A stretch of 64,000 bases of DNA from Patescibacteria group bacterium (GTDB lineage Bacteria; Patescibacteriota; Microgenomatia; UBA1406): assembly GCA_041665145.1 (NCBI GenBank), contig JBAYJK010000001.1:357629-421628 (forward strand), given 5' to 3'. The notes under the pieces were generated by a model. The model worked only from the letters and a program-made list of their open reading frames with translations, had not been told where the DNA came from and searched no databases. Position numbers and translations under genes: made by a program. Every line of letters begins with the position of its first letter. Position 1 is the stretch's first letter. Positions 1 through 10,176 of this stretch are shown here, one piece after another.

Positions 1-1
1 A

Positions 2-1045
2 AGCGTTTTCGGGACATTCCATGTAACTTTTCATACGCTCCTCGAAGGGGAAGTGGGCGGTAAGGCCAGCAACGAAACATATGCGGCACAGTGGACGAGC
101 GAAGAATTGAAACGTCAGAAAATTTCACCGCTTTCGGCGATTGTAACCTCCTGTGACGCCGACAGCATTCTGGATCCCGAATACTGCGCGTATGTGGCAA
201 CGAAATATTTGGAGGATGCGGAGGGTAGATATAAATTCTACTGGGCGCCGGTACTGCTTTACAATAACTATTGGAGTCTGCATTTCTTTATCAGGTTCCA
301 GACAACCTTGTCATCCATAGTCCGTTTGGCATTTTTATCCGAAAAGTATAATCTCATCCAGATCTCTACGTACAGCATGAGCATGTGGCTTTTGGAATCG
401 ATCCATTATTGGGATACGGATATCATTCCGGAAGACTGGCATGTATTTTTGCAGGCTTTTTTCACGCACGGTGGAAAGGTGCAAACGAAGCCGATATATT
501 TGGTGACAACCCGTGATGGAGTTCGCGGAAAAAGCTTTTTGGATTCGTTCAAGAACAGATACGAACAGGAAAAACGGTGGGCATGGGGTGTCTCGGATAT
601 TCCATATGCTTTGAACCGTTCGTTTCACAGCAGTAATGTAGGTTTTTTTGACAAAGTATTCCGAGTCACTGCGTTGATCGAAACACATTTATTATGGCCG
701 GCATCTTTTTTCCTGTTAACCATTGCCGCCAATATTCCCGCTCTCATTAATCCCAATTTCAAGCGGACGGTGCTCGGATATTTACTACCCCAAATTGCGG
801 GAACCATCCTGACGTTGACCAGTGCGTTTGTATTGGTTATTGCGTATCTAGATTTTCAGGCAAAGCATCGGCTCTTAAAGCAGGAAGAGCTGAAAAAGGC
901 CCCACTTTTGGTTATGCAGTGGATTTTATTTCCGATTCTTTCGCCGATCGTGTCGGCATTGTTGTCGTCAATTCCTGCGCTTGAATCACACACGCGACTG
1001 TTAATGGGTAAAAAAATGGAGTATAAAGTTACCAAGAAGGTATGA
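2..1045 (+). CDS. Processive family-2 glycosyltransferase (cellulose-synthase/NodC-like), 5' end cut by window edge
   Basis: Reading frame is open from nt 2 (no stop upstream of the listed GTG at 53). Contains DADS (DxD), IPEDW (ED) and QEKRW (QxxRW, nt 566-580) motifs, then C-terminal TM helices. Confidence 0.75.
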   Translation, partial: SVFGTFHVTFHTLLEGEVGGKASNETYAAQWTSEELKRQKISPLSAIVTSCDADSILDPEYCAYVATKYLEDAEGRYKFYWAPVLLYNNYWSLHFFIRFQTTLSSIVRLAFLSEKYNLIQISTYSMSMWLLESIHYWDTDIIPEDWHVFLQAFFTHGGKVQTKPIYLVTTRDGVRGKSFLDSFKNRYEQEKRWAWGVSDIPYALNRSFHSSNVGFFDKVFRVTALIETHLLWPASFFLLTIAANIPALINPNFKRTVLGYLLPQIAGTILTLTSAFVLVIAYLDFQAKHRLLKQEELKKAPLLVMQWILFPILSPIVSALLSSIPALESHTRLLMGKKMEYKVTKKV

Positions 1046-1386
1046 CAGAAAAAAAACCAAAGCCATTTGAATACACGAAAATTCTGTTCAGTAAGTTTGC
1101 GTGGTTGTTATTGTTTCTCGTTACTTACGGGATATTCTGGTTTCGGTTGCCTCCGCAAGTCCCTTTGTATTATTCGCAGGCACTTCGGGAAGATCGGCTT
1201 GCAGACAGTTATGCGCTGCTGATTTTGCCCGCCGTTGTATTTATGACGTTTATCATATGTGAAAGGTTTTTGAGTAAGCTTGCGTTAAAAAACGGAGTCA
1301 TCCTGCGGGTGGTAGAAATTTCCAGCGTTGTCATGGCAGCGTTTGCATACGTCCTATTTTTAAAAATTCTCCTACTTGTGGCCTGA
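1042..1386 (+). CDS. Small multi-pass membrane protein, function unknown
   Basis: 114-aa ORF with about 3 hydrophobic helices. ATGA start/stop overlap with the upstream GT2 suggests translational coupling. Confidence 0.5.
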   Translation: MTEKKPKPFEYTKILFSKFAWLLLFLVTYGIFWFRLPPQVPLYYSQALREDRLADSYALLILPAVVFMTFIICERFLSKLALKNGVILRVVEISSVVMAAFAYVLFLKILLLVA

Positions 1387-1387
1387 T

Positions 1388-2449
1388 ATGATTTTTGCCA
1401 TGGTTTGTGCGGCCATTATCGCATTTTGTTGTACGCCGGTAACGATATATATCGCGAACAAACTGGGTATTACAACCGATCGGAAAACTCGCAAACATCC
1501 TGCACATACGCACACCGGTGTATTGCCCCGTCTTGGCGGAATACCGATCTTCATCGGTATTTTGATACCACTGCTACCCATAATTATTGCAAGCAAGATC
1601 GCTCTGTTCATTTTTTTGGGAGCCGGCTTGACTGTTGTTGTCGGTGTTCTTGATGACCGGTACGACCTTTCTCCGTATCTTCGTTTTTTTCTGAACGGAA
1701 TAGCAGCGATGCTTGCGGTTGCCGGCGGCGCAGGTATCCCGTTTATTACCGGAATCGGCGGAAATGCCGTGCATCTTGATATGTGGCGCGTGACGGTCGA
1801 TATATTCTCATGGCGCATTCATCTTTTACCATTCGCGGATGTTGCCGCAATTTTATGGATTGTCTGGTGCATGAATATGGTTAATTGGAGCAAAGGCGTT
1901 GATGGTCAACTTCCCGGATTTGTTGTTATTGCCGCATTGTTTCTGGGAATTTTGTCTTTCCGCTTCTCCCGTCACGACATTTCGCGGGAGGCAATTACCG
2001 TCATGGGTTTCGTAACCGCAGGTGCGTATCTCGGGTTTCTTCCCTGGAATTTCTACCCGCAAAAAATACTGACAGGGTATGCGGCAGGATCACTTGCAGG
2101 TTATTTATTAGCTGTCCTCTCAATCCTGTCGTGGGGCAAGCTCGGAACACTTCTTTTGGTTTTGGCATTGCCCCTCACCGATGCTCTTTTGGTTTTTGCG
2201 CGACGCATAGCACATAAACACTCGCCGTTTCGGGCAGACAGAACACACTTTCACCACACGCTTCTTGACATGGGTTGGGGCAGACGAAGAATCGCTGTTT
2301 TTTATTGGCTCGTATCACTCATCGTCGGATGTTTCTCATTATATGTGGGTTCGGAAAAGAAACTTGTCGGATTTGTTATGATCTTTTTTGTCATCTGCGG
2401 TATTGTTGTCGGAAGTTACCGCTTTGTGAAAAACCTGAAACATATATAA
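1388..2449 (+). CDS. Polyprenyl-phosphate sugar-1-phosphate transferase (MraY/WecA/TagO family)
   Basis: About 10 TM helices; motifs VLDDRYDLSP and NMVNWSKGVDGQLPG are typical of the MraY/WecA superfamily. ATG 1388 preferred over the listed TTG 1376. Confidence 0.8.
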   Translation: MIFAMVCAAIIAFCCTPVTIYIANKLGITTDRKTRKHPAHTHTGVLPRLGGIPIFIGILIPLLPIIIASKIALFIFLGAGLTVVVGVLDDRYDLSPYLRFFLNGIAAMLAVAGGAGIPFITGIGGNAVHLDMWRVTVDIFSWRIHLLPFADVAAILWIVWCMNMVNWSKGVDGQLPGFVVIAALFLGILSFRFSRHDISREAITVMGFVTAGAYLGFLPWNFYPQKILTGYAAGSLAGYLLAVLSILSWGKLGTLLLVLALPLTDALLVFARRIAHKHSPFRADRTHFHHTLLDMGWGRRRIAVFYWLVSLIVGCFSLYVGSEKKLVGFVMIFFVICGIVVGSYRFVKNLKHI

Positions 2450-2456
2450 TAGGTAT

Positions 2457-3356
2457 ATGAAGCAAAAATTGCGGGTGGTTTTATTTACCATCATTATCTT
2501 TATAGTCGTTTTTGCTGTCATGCAACTCGTCGCGCCTGATAAATTTCTTGAACGTGCACTCAAGCGGACCGGAACGCTTCGCGTCGACAGTACCCCTGCT
2601 GCAAGTGTTTTTGTAAACGACGCAATGGTCGGCCAGACGCCGCTACAGGTGACGTATAATGAAGGTGTATATACGGTAAAACTGGTGCCGACGACCAATT
2701 CCCAGAATATCGGGACATTCAAATCCAGCGTGCGGGTTTTCAAGAATATCACTACATATATAGATAGGGAACTTGCTGCAAGTGATCTGGATTCGTCGGG
2801 AGTCATGTTATCACTCGACAAAGGAACGGAAGGAAGCGGTCAGATTCTTATTTCCACAAAGCCTCCGGGTTTATTTGTTTCTCTCGACGGAGAAGAACGG
2901 GGGATATCTCCGTTGTTTATGGATAATGTGAATGCGGGAGAGCACGATCTCGGTGTGAGGGGTGAAGGTTTTTTGTCAAAATCGATTAAAATAAATGTCG
3001 TAAAAAGTTACAAGCTCCTTGCGGATTTTCAGGTAGCTTATGATCCGGAGTATAAGAAAAAGAAAGATGCCCAGAAAAATAAAAATAATCCTTCAGTTAC
3101 TCCGACACAGAAACAGGAATTAGAAATTGATGAAACAGATACCGGATGGTTGCGGGTGCGTGCGGAACCTTCATTAGGAGCATCTGAGTCGGCGAAAGTA
3201 AATACCGGAGACAAGTTTCCGTTCTTTGACTCAAAAGAAGGTTGGTATCAGATAGAATATCAGCAGGGTGAAAAAGGATGGGTAAGCGGAGACTATGTTA
3301 CCGTTCTTCCAACGCCAACAATTAATCCATCACCGACACCGATTACGGAAGAATAA
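2457..3356 (+). CDS. Membrane-anchored PEGA-domain / SH3b-domain protein
   Basis: N-terminal TM anchor; two PEGA-like segments (VDSTPAASVFVNDAMVGQTP, STKPPGLFVSLDGEERGISP); C-terminal SH3b-like GWLRVRAEPS...GWYQIEY...GWVSGDYV. Confidence 0.7.
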   Translation: MKQKLRVVLFTIIIFIVVFAVMQLVAPDKFLERALKRTGTLRVDSTPAASVFVNDAMVGQTPLQVTYNEGVYTVKLVPTTNSQNIGTFKSSVRVFKNITTYIDRELAASDLDSSGVMLSLDKGTEGSGQILISTKPPGLFVSLDGEERGISPLFMDNVNAGEHDLGVRGEGFLSKSIKINVVKSYKLLADFQVAYDPEYKKKKDAQKNKNNPSVTPTQKQELEIDETDTGWLRVRAEPSLGASESAKVNTGDKFPFFDSKEGWYQIEYQQGEKGWVSGDYVTVLPTPTINPSPTPITEE

Positions 3357-3510
3357 ACTCAAAACTCAAATTCACAAATAACAAATCAATCTCAAAATTC
3401 AAAGCATAAATTTACATTTAGATTTTTTGAATTTGATTTGAAGGTTGTCATTTGATTTTTGAATTTGACTTGTGAATTTGTCATTTGTTATTTGAATTTT
3501 CTCAAATTGT
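3357..3510. repeat. AT-rich direct/inverted repeat element built on GAATTT/AAATTC cores
   Basis: 22-nt direct repeat ttgtcatttgNtNtttgaattt at 3445-3466 and 3478-3499 (20/22 identical). An inverted related copy lies at about 3368-3389. Nested AT-rich hairpin arms 3393-3403 / 3426-3435 and 3407-3411 / 3416-3420. Confidence 0.6.
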
Positions 3511-3513
3511 CTC

Positions 3514-3542
3514 TTGCAAATTGATGGAGGCGTTTGTATAAT
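3514..3542 (+). promoter_or_regulatory. Sigma70-type promoter for tuf
   Basis: TTGCAA (3514-3519), 17-nt spacer, TATAAT (3537-3542), located 66 nt upstream of the tuf ATG. Confidence 0.6.
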
Positions 3543-3608
3543 GGCTTCGCGCGTAAAAATTTTTGGGCGCATATATTTTATTTATAAGTTATTTACAACA
3601 AGAAAAAA

Positions 3609-4793
<1,185 letters not shown>

Positions 4794-4824
4794 ATTGTAG
4801 TTACATTAATTATTAGCTCTTTAC

Positions 4825-5133
4825 ATGCCAACAGGAAAGATCAGAGTACGGTTGAAAGCATATGACCACAAAGTCCTTGAGGACACGTGTGAGAAGATTG
4901 TGCAAACGGCGATAAAGACCGGCGGAGCGGTGGTGGGACCAATTCCATTACCAACTCGTCGGAGTAGAATCACCGTGAACGCATCTCCGTTCACCGACAA
5001 GGATTCAAGGGAGCAATTCGAGATTCGCGAACACAAGCGGCTCATCGACATCGTCAACCCGACGCTGCAAACGATTGATGCTTTGACGCACCTCGATATT
5101 CCTTCTGGCATTGACGTAGCTATTAAAATGTAA
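4825..5133 (+). CDS. rpsJ: 30S ribosomal protein S10 (uS10)
   Basis: 102 aa, [16 protein letters not shown]-terminus; canonical position after tuf. Confidence 0.97.
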   Translation: MPTGKIRVRLKAYDHKVLEDTCEKIVQTAIKTGGAVVGPIPLPTRRSRITVNASPFTDKDSREQFEIREHKRLIDIVNPTLQTIDALTHLDIPSGIDVAIKM

Positions 5134-5139
5134 TATAAT
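5111..5139 (+). promoter_or_regulatory. Candidate internal promoter embedded in the 3' end of rpsJ
   Basis: TTGACG (5111-5116), 17-nt spacer, TATAAT (5134-5139). It would produce a ~110-nt leader ahead of rplC. Confidence 0.5.
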
Positions 5140-5219
5140 ATCGGCTCTTGCGCGAGTATTATGATGAACTCATTTACGGGAGCGCTATATTGTTAAAATT
5201 AACAGATTGGCAGTTAGGG

Positions 5220-5246
5220 AAAAAGACTCAATCTGAGTCTTTTTTT
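5220..5246 (+). terminator. Terminator/attenuator-like hairpin just upstream of rplC
   Basis: Perfect 11-bp stem aaaaagactca / tgagtcttttt (5220-5230 / 5234-5244) with 3-nt loop, running into a 7-T tract (5240-5246). The stem is AT-rich and therefore weak. Confidence 0.4.
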
Positions 5247-5256
5247 ATTGATCAAA

Positions 5257-5937
5257 ATGGCGGGATATATTTTAGGCACAAAAAGCACACAGTCACAATG
5301 GTTCGACGGGAATGGTATGCGTCGAAACAAAACAACAGTACTTGTTCGTGATTGCTATGTAGTTGCCTGTAAGACCGTCGAATCCGATGGGTATAATGCG
5401 TTTGTTCTCGGCATGCAAACCAAAGAACCACGCAACATTACCAAATCATTCTTGGGAAAAACAAAAAAAGCGGGAATAACAACCCCGCTCAATTTTTTTA
5501 AAGAGGTACGAATTCCTGATTCACTCGGAGCGACATTTGTAACCGAGGACGGAAAAACCGGATTCAAGATCGGTGATCAATTCTATTCTGTCGGTCTGAA
5601 ACTTTCTCCCGCAACCATTTTCAAAGCAGGCGATCTCATAAGTGTTACCGGAACCAGCAAAGGTAAAGGCTTTGCCGGTGTTGTAAAACGACACAACTTT
5701 CGAGGTGGTCCCCGCACTCACGGTCAATCAGACAGAGAACGATCTCCTGGTTCCATCGGAAACCGTACTATTCCCGGTAGAGTATTCAAAGGCAAACGTA
5801 TGGCCGGACGTATGGGAGCGGAACAGGTTACGGTACAAGGATTAAAGATTGTTGAAGCAACAGACACTCAAGTGGTAGTACAAGGTCTCGTACCGGGAAG
5901 CATCAAGACGTTACTTTTTATTAAATCACAGAAATAA
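5257..5937 (+). CDS. rplC: 50S ribosomal protein L3 (uL3)
   Basis: [27 protein letters not shown] and [11 protein letters not shown] motifs. ATG 5257 preferred over the listed TTG 5248. Confidence 0.95.
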   Translation: MAGYILGTKSTQSQWFDGNGMRRNKTTVLVRDCYVVACKTVESDGYNAFVLGMQTKEPRNITKSFLGKTKKAGITTPLNFFKEVRIPDSLGATFVTEDGKTGFKIGDQFYSVGLKLSPATIFKAGDLISVTGTSKGKGFAGVVKRHNFRGGPRTHGQSDRERSPGSIGNRTIPGRVFKGKRMAGRMGAEQVTVQGLKIVEATDTQVVVQGLVPGSIKTLLFIKSQK

Positions 5938-5939
5938 TC

Positions 5940-6626
5940 ATGGCAACAGCAAAAATAAAGGCTAAAGTAGAAAGTAAAAAGTCTAAAGTGTCGGTAAAGA
6001 CAGAATCTAAGGTGGTTGAGACCAAAACAATCCAACTTCCAAAGGAATTATTCGGTGTAACCGCGTCCGACAAGCTACTCGCACAATATGTTCGAGTATT
6101 TCTGAATAACCTTAAACCGACGACCTCTTACTCGAAGACACGCGGAGAGGTTTCGGGTACAACCAAGAAACTCTATAAACAAAAAGGTACCGGTCGAGCA
6201 CGTCACGGTAGTGCAAAGGCTCCTATCTTCGTAGGTGGAGGTACAGCACATGGTGCGAAAAATGAAGTAGTCAAACTTAAAATGATGCGCGGCATGCGTA
6301 GAAAAGCACTGTTTTATGCGCTTACATTGAAAGCAAAAGCACACAATGTTCAGGTTGTGGAAGATACCGGATTGTCTACAGAAACAAAAACCGCAATTGT
6401 TCAAAAGAAACTTCTTACACTTTATCCTGAAAACAAAAAAACCCTCAAAGTTCTTACAATTTTTCCGCATGCTGCATCAGGTCGTAAAGCTGCTGAAAAT
6501 ATCGAGTACACAACGGCAATCGAACCGTGCAATTTGAATGCCTATCTTGTTTTGAATAGCGACATGTTAATAGTTACCGAACAAGCACTCGCCGAAATGG
6601 TTGAGCGCTTTGTCACAAAGAAATAA
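5940..6626 (+). CDS. rplD: 50S ribosomal protein L4 (uL4)
   Basis: KQKGTGRARHGS motif; operon position. Confidence 0.95.
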   Translation: MATAKIKAKVESKKSKVSVKTESKVVETKTIQLPKELFGVTASDKLLAQYVRVFLNNLKPTTSYSKTRGEVSGTTKKLYKQKGTGRARHGSAKAPIFVGGGTAHGAKNEVVKLKMMRGMRRKALFYALTLKAKAHNVQVVEDTGLSTETKTAIVQKKLLTLYPENKKTLKVLTIFPHAASGRKAAENIEYTTAIEPCNLNAYLVLNSDMLIVTEQALAEMVERFVTKK

Positions 6627-6627
6627 T

Positions 6628-6903
6628 ATGTATCGAGTATTGGAAAAACCATTGGTTACCGAAAAAGCCGTACGGACGAACAATGTGTACACTTTTTCAG
6701 TGAACCCACGATCAACGAAACATGATATTAAGAAAGCTATTGAATCAATGTATGGAGTTGAGGTTGAGGCTGTTCGCACTGTTGTCGTCAAAGGGAAAGT
6801 GAAGTCCGTAGGGCGCAAGCGAACTCGCAAAACATTACCTCTCCGAAAAAAAGCATATATAACATTAAAAAAAGGTGAAATACCGGATGTTAAAGTTCAA
6901 TAA
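6628..6903 (+). CDS. rplW: 50S ribosomal protein L23 (uL23)
   Basis: MYRVLEKPLVTEKA N-terminus. ATG 6628, 1 nt after the rplD stop, preferred over the listed upstream start 6601. Confidence 0.95.
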   Translation: MYRVLEKPLVTEKAVRTNNVYTFSVNPRSTKHDIKKAIESMYGVEVEAVRTVVVKGKVKSVGRKRTRKTLPLRKKAYITLKKGEIPDVKVQ

Positions 6904-6905
6904 CC

Positions 6906-7664
6906 ATGGATCAACACGAAACATCTATTAAGAAATTGAAAGTCTTTTTGCCTTCTCGTGGAGGACGTTCTCATCAAGGTGGCGTTACAACATGGCATCG
7001 GGGTGGACGTCATAAGCGTTTTTACCGCATTATCGATTGGGCGAGAAGCGTACGGGATGTTGAAGGTGTTGTCCGATCAATAGAATACGATCCGAACAGG
7101 AACGTTAACATTGCACTTATTGCCTATCCGGGCGGTACTCTTGCTTATATTTTGCATCCCATCGGTTTGGAAGTCGATCAAACGGTGATTGCCGGTGACG
7201 TTACTCCCATTAAGCCGGGAAATGCAATGCCGCTGAAGAACATTCCTATCGGTGTTCAGATTCATAATATCGAATTGACACCGGGAAAAGGTGGACAAAT
7301 CGTTAGAAGTGCAGGCACATCTAGTGTTATAATAGGAAAAGACGATTGGTACGCACACGTAAAACTTCCCTCGGGTGAAGTCAGAAAAGTACTTCTGAGC
7401 TGCATTGGTACGATAGGTCAGCTTGACAATGAAAACAAGAAACATGAAGAGATAGGTTCTGCCGGTCGTGCACGACACATGGGTCACAGACCGCATGTCC
7501 GTGGCGTAGCGCAGAATCCGCACTCTCATCCCCACGGTGGAGGTGAGGGACGCTCAAGTGAAGGTATGCATCCGAAGACGCCATGGGGTAAGCCGGCGAG
7601 GGGTGTAAAAACAAGAAAACCAAAACGATACTCGGACAGTTTAATAGTTTCGAGGAGAAAATAA
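6906..7664 (+). CDS. rplB: 50S ribosomal protein L2 (uL2)
   Basis: HRGGRHKRFYRIID and HPHGGGEGRS motifs. The N-terminus looks somewhat shorter than E. coli-type L2. Confidence 0.97.
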   Translation: MDQHETSIKKLKVFLPSRGGRSHQGGVTTWHRGGRHKRFYRIIDWARSVRDVEGVVRSIEYDPNRNVNIALIAYPGGTLAYILHPIGLEVDQTVIAGDVTPIKPGNAMPLKNIPIGVQIHNIELTPGKGGQIVRSAGTSSVIIGKDDWYAHVKLPSGEVRKVLLSCIGTIGQLDNENKKHEEIGSAGRARHMGHRPHVRGVAQNPHSHPHGGGEGRSSEGMHPKTPWGKPARGVKTRKPKRYSDSLIVSRRK

Positions 7665-7667
7665 CAT

Positions 7668-7952
7668 ATGTCACGGTCACTTAAAAAAGGTCCATACATA
7701 GACGAAAAATTACTGAAAAAGGTAATGCGTCAAAAAGAACAAAAGGTAAACGCCACTATTAATACCTGGGCACGTGCCTCACAGATTCCTCCGGAATTTG
7801 TCGGTCACAAGTTCGGTGTGTATAACGGAAGAAAGTTTATTGAAGTGTTTGTCAGTGAGTCGATGGTCGGACACCGTCTTGGTGAGTTTTCCGCAACTCG
7901 TACATTTAAGGGACACGGTCGTGTTACTAAGCGTGTAGCTCAAAAAACATAA
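7668..7952 (+). CDS. rpsS: 30S ribosomal protein S19 (uS19)
   Basis: SLKKGPYID and [12 protein letters not shown] motifs. One of the few genes here with an SD-like GAGGAG (7653-7658). Confidence 0.97.
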   Translation: MSRSLKKGPYIDEKLLKKVMRQKEQKVNATINTWARASQIPPEFVGHKFGVYNGRKFIEVFVSESMVGHRLGEFSATRTFKGHGRVTKRVAQKT

Positions 7953-7953
7953 T

Positions 7954-8295
7954 ATGGAAAGAACTGTTGTTAGCAGATATATACGTATTTCGCCCAAGAA
8001 GCTGAATATGGTTGTGGCTGCAGTAAAGAATAAGAATGCGGAGGAAATATTGGCAATGATAAAACTGACACCGCGCAAAGGTACCAAATTTATCTTTGAT
8101 GCTATTAAGAGCTGCCTGGTACAGTTTGATAAAGAAGTTCAGAAAGAGGTTATTATCAAAGCCATTGTCGTTAATAAGGGTCCTGTTTTTAAGCGTTGGC
8201 GACCGGGTGGTCGCGGTATGGCTCATAAATATGTGCATCGAACATCACATCTATCAGTTACTTTAGGTGCAGAAACCAAGAAAAATGGGAAATAA
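7954..8295 (+). CDS. rplV: 50S ribosomal protein L22 (uL22)
   Basis: 113 aa; ISPKKLNMVVAAVKNKNAEEILAMI pattern; operon position. Confidence 0.95.
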   Translation: MERTVVSRYIRISPKKLNMVVAAVKNKNAEEILAMIKLTPRKGTKFIFDAIKSCLVQFDKEVQKEVIIKAIVVNKGPVFKRWRPGGRGMAHKYVHRTSHLSVTLGAETKKNGK

Positions 8296-8926
8296 AGTTA
8301 ATCCAAAAGGTTATCGTTTGGGTGTCTTGACAACGTGGGACAGTCGCTGGTTTTTCAGTGATCATAAAGCGTTCAGAACCGCACTTGTCGAAGACATTAA
8401 TATAAGAAAGTATTTGTTCAAGATGCTTCTTTCTGCCGGATTGACCCAAGTCGAGATTGAGCGGAATCTTTCGGGTATGACCTTAATACTTCATTCCGTC
8501 AGACCGGGTATTATTATCGGTCGGGGAGGAAAGGGACTTGAAGAGGTTAAAAACAAAGTGTTGGATCTTTTACACATCGAACAGAAACAGAAAAATAAAT
8601 ATAAATTGGACATTAAGGTCGAGCAAGTGAAAAAACCGTTTTTAAGTGCACGATATACTGCTGATTACTTGGCCGAGCGCATCGTAAAGAACTTCGCACA
8701 TCGAAGCATGGCACATTCTGTCATTACTAAAGTAATGGAGAGCGGTGCCCAGGGCGTTAAGATTCGTTTCGGCGGTCGTCTTCGCGGTGCAAATATCGCA
8801 CGTCAAGAGAAGTTTCAAACAGGGAAAGTTCCATTATCGTCTATCAGCGAAGATATAGATTATGCACAAGCGCCGGCACTTACCAGAAACGGATACGTTG
8901 GAATAAAAGTTTGGATTTGCAGATAA
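8285..8926 (+). CDS. rpsC: 30S ribosomal protein S3 (uS3)
   Basis: MGNKVNPKGYRLG N-terminus, KH domain. ATG 8285 preferred over the listed 8267; overlaps rplV by 11 nt. Confidence 0.95.
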   Translation: MGNKVNPKGYRLGVLTTWDSRWFFSDHKAFRTALVEDINIRKYLFKMLLSAGLTQVEIERNLSGMTLILHSVRPGIIIGRGGKGLEEVKNKVLDLLHIEQKQKNKYKLDIKVEQVKKPFLSARYTADYLAERIVKNFAHRSMAHSVITKVMESGAQGVKIRFGGRLRGANIARQEKFQTGKVPLSSISEDIDYAQAPALTRNGYVGIKVWICR

Positions 8927-8927
8927 T

Positions 8928-9341
8928 ATGTTAGCGCCTAAGAGGATGAAGCATCGCAAGCAGTTTAGAGGCATATGGCGTCGAATTGCGATAAAAGGAC
9001 ATTTGTTGAATATGGGTCAGTTCGGTTTGAAATCATTGGAACCAAAGTGGATTACCGATCGACAGATAGAAGCGGTTCGCGTCGTTCTTTCACGTGAGAC
9101 GCGTAAAATCGGAAGGTATTGGATGCGGATCTTTCCGCACAAACCATATACTAAAAAACCGTTGGACGTCCGCATGGGTTCGGGTAAAGGTGATGTCGCA
9201 TACTATGTCGCGTCCGTAGTTCCGGGCACGATTTTGTTTGAACTTGACGGCGTGTCGTTCGAAGAAGCACAGAGAATATTTAAAAAGGTGGGAAGCAAGT
9301 TACCAATTGCGACCCGTATTATAACCAAGGAAAATGAGTAA
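8928..9341 (+). CDS. rplP: 50S ribosomal protein L16 (uL16)
   Basis: MLAPKRMKHRKQFRG and RMGSGKG motifs. Confidence 0.97.
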   Translation: MLAPKRMKHRKQFRGIWRRIAIKGHLLNMGQFGLKSLEPKWITDRQIEAVRVVLSRETRKIGRYWMRIFPHKPYTKKPLDVRMGSGKGDVAYYVASVVPGTILFELDGVSFEEAQRIFKKVGSKLPIATRIITKENE

Positions 9342-9561
9342 ACAAAAACAAATAACTACAGCGGAGATTAGAAAAAAGAAAGTTGCCGAACTGCATACTA
9401 TGCTGAAAGCAACAGTCAAGATTCTTGCAAAGGGCAGAATGGAAATTAACACGAAGAAAACAAAGAATACGAGTGGCATGAGAGCAAACAGGAAATTGAT
9501 CGCACATATTAAAACAGTTCTTGCGGAAAAAAGATTATTACAAAAAGTTGAAGCGAAATAA
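9334..9561 (+). CDS. rpmC: 50S ribosomal protein L29 (uL29)
   Basis: 75-aa helical basic protein at the canonical position between rplP and rpsQ. Confidence 0.9.
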   Translation: MSKQKQITTAEIRKKKVAELHTMLKATVKILAKGRMEINTKKTKNTSGMRANRKLIAHIKTVLAEKRLLQKVEAK

Positions 9562-9563
9562 CT

Positions 9564-9800
9564 ATGGCAAAAATACTTGAAGGGGTAGTCGTATCGACAA
9601 AATTGGAGAAGACCATAACCGTGCGTGTTGAGGAACGTTATCGACACCCGTTATATCAGAAAGTCATTAAGAAACATAAACGGTATCTTGCGCACAACGA
9701 GTCGGTTAAAGTAGCCGACGGTGATACTGTCCGGATTGAAGAAACCCGGCCGTTATCGAAGAACAAGCATTTTAAAGTTATAGAAGTAGTAAAAAAATAA
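9564..9800 (+). CDS. rpsQ: 30S ribosomal protein S17 (uS17)
   Basis: EGVVVSTKLEKTITVRVE...HPLYQK pattern. Confidence 0.95.
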   Translation: MAKILEGVVVSTKLEKTITVRVEERYRHPLYQKVIKKHKRYLAHNESVKVADGDTVRIEETRPLSKNKHFKVIEVVKK

Positions 9801-9803
9801 ACC

Positions 9804-10175
9804 ATGTTGCAGTTACGTACAATGATCAATGTTGCGGACAACTCGGGACCCAAATTGGTTCAGATGGTCGGTATGCCCGGACGCGGAAATAAAAAAATTG
9901 CCCGAATTGGCGACAAGATTACTGTTGTCGTGAAAAAGGGAGCTCCGACAGGATCAGTAAAAGAGCATGAAATCGTAAAAGCAGTCGTTGTCCGGACCCG
10001 CAAAGAATTCCGTAGAAAAGACGGATCATACATACGGTTTGACGAAAATGCCTGCGTAATACTTGACGGTAATACAGAATTACCTAAAGGGAGCCGTATC
10101 TTCGGACCGGTCGCACGTGAAATTAAAGTTCTTGGCTACAGCAAAATTGCCAGTTTATCTAAAGAGATATATTAA
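9804..10175 (+). CDS. rplN: 50S ribosomal protein L14 (uL14)
   Basis: NVADNSGPK and RIFGPVAREI motifs. Confidence 0.97.
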   Translation: MLQLRTMINVADNSGPKLVQMVGMPGRGNKKIARIGDKITVVVKKGAPTGSVKEHEIVKAVVVRTRKEFRRKDGSYIRFDENACVILDGNTELPKGSRIFGPVAREIKVLGYSKIASLSKEIY

Positions 10176-10176
10176 T

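Noticed and set aside
5148-5351. 67-aa ORF spanning the rpsJ-rplC gap and the 5' part of rplC
   Set aside because: It has a TTG start, overlaps uL3 out of frame, and reads through the hairpin. The region is better explained as a non-coding leader.
10063-10176. Long N-terminal extensions implied by the listed ORF starts for rplX (10063), rplM (19888), rplW (6601), rpsC (8267), rplU (50560) and rpsT (58161)
   Set aside because: The extensions overlap the preceding conserved gene in another frame. The conserved protein N-termini begin at internal ATGs located 1-4 nt after the upstream stop.
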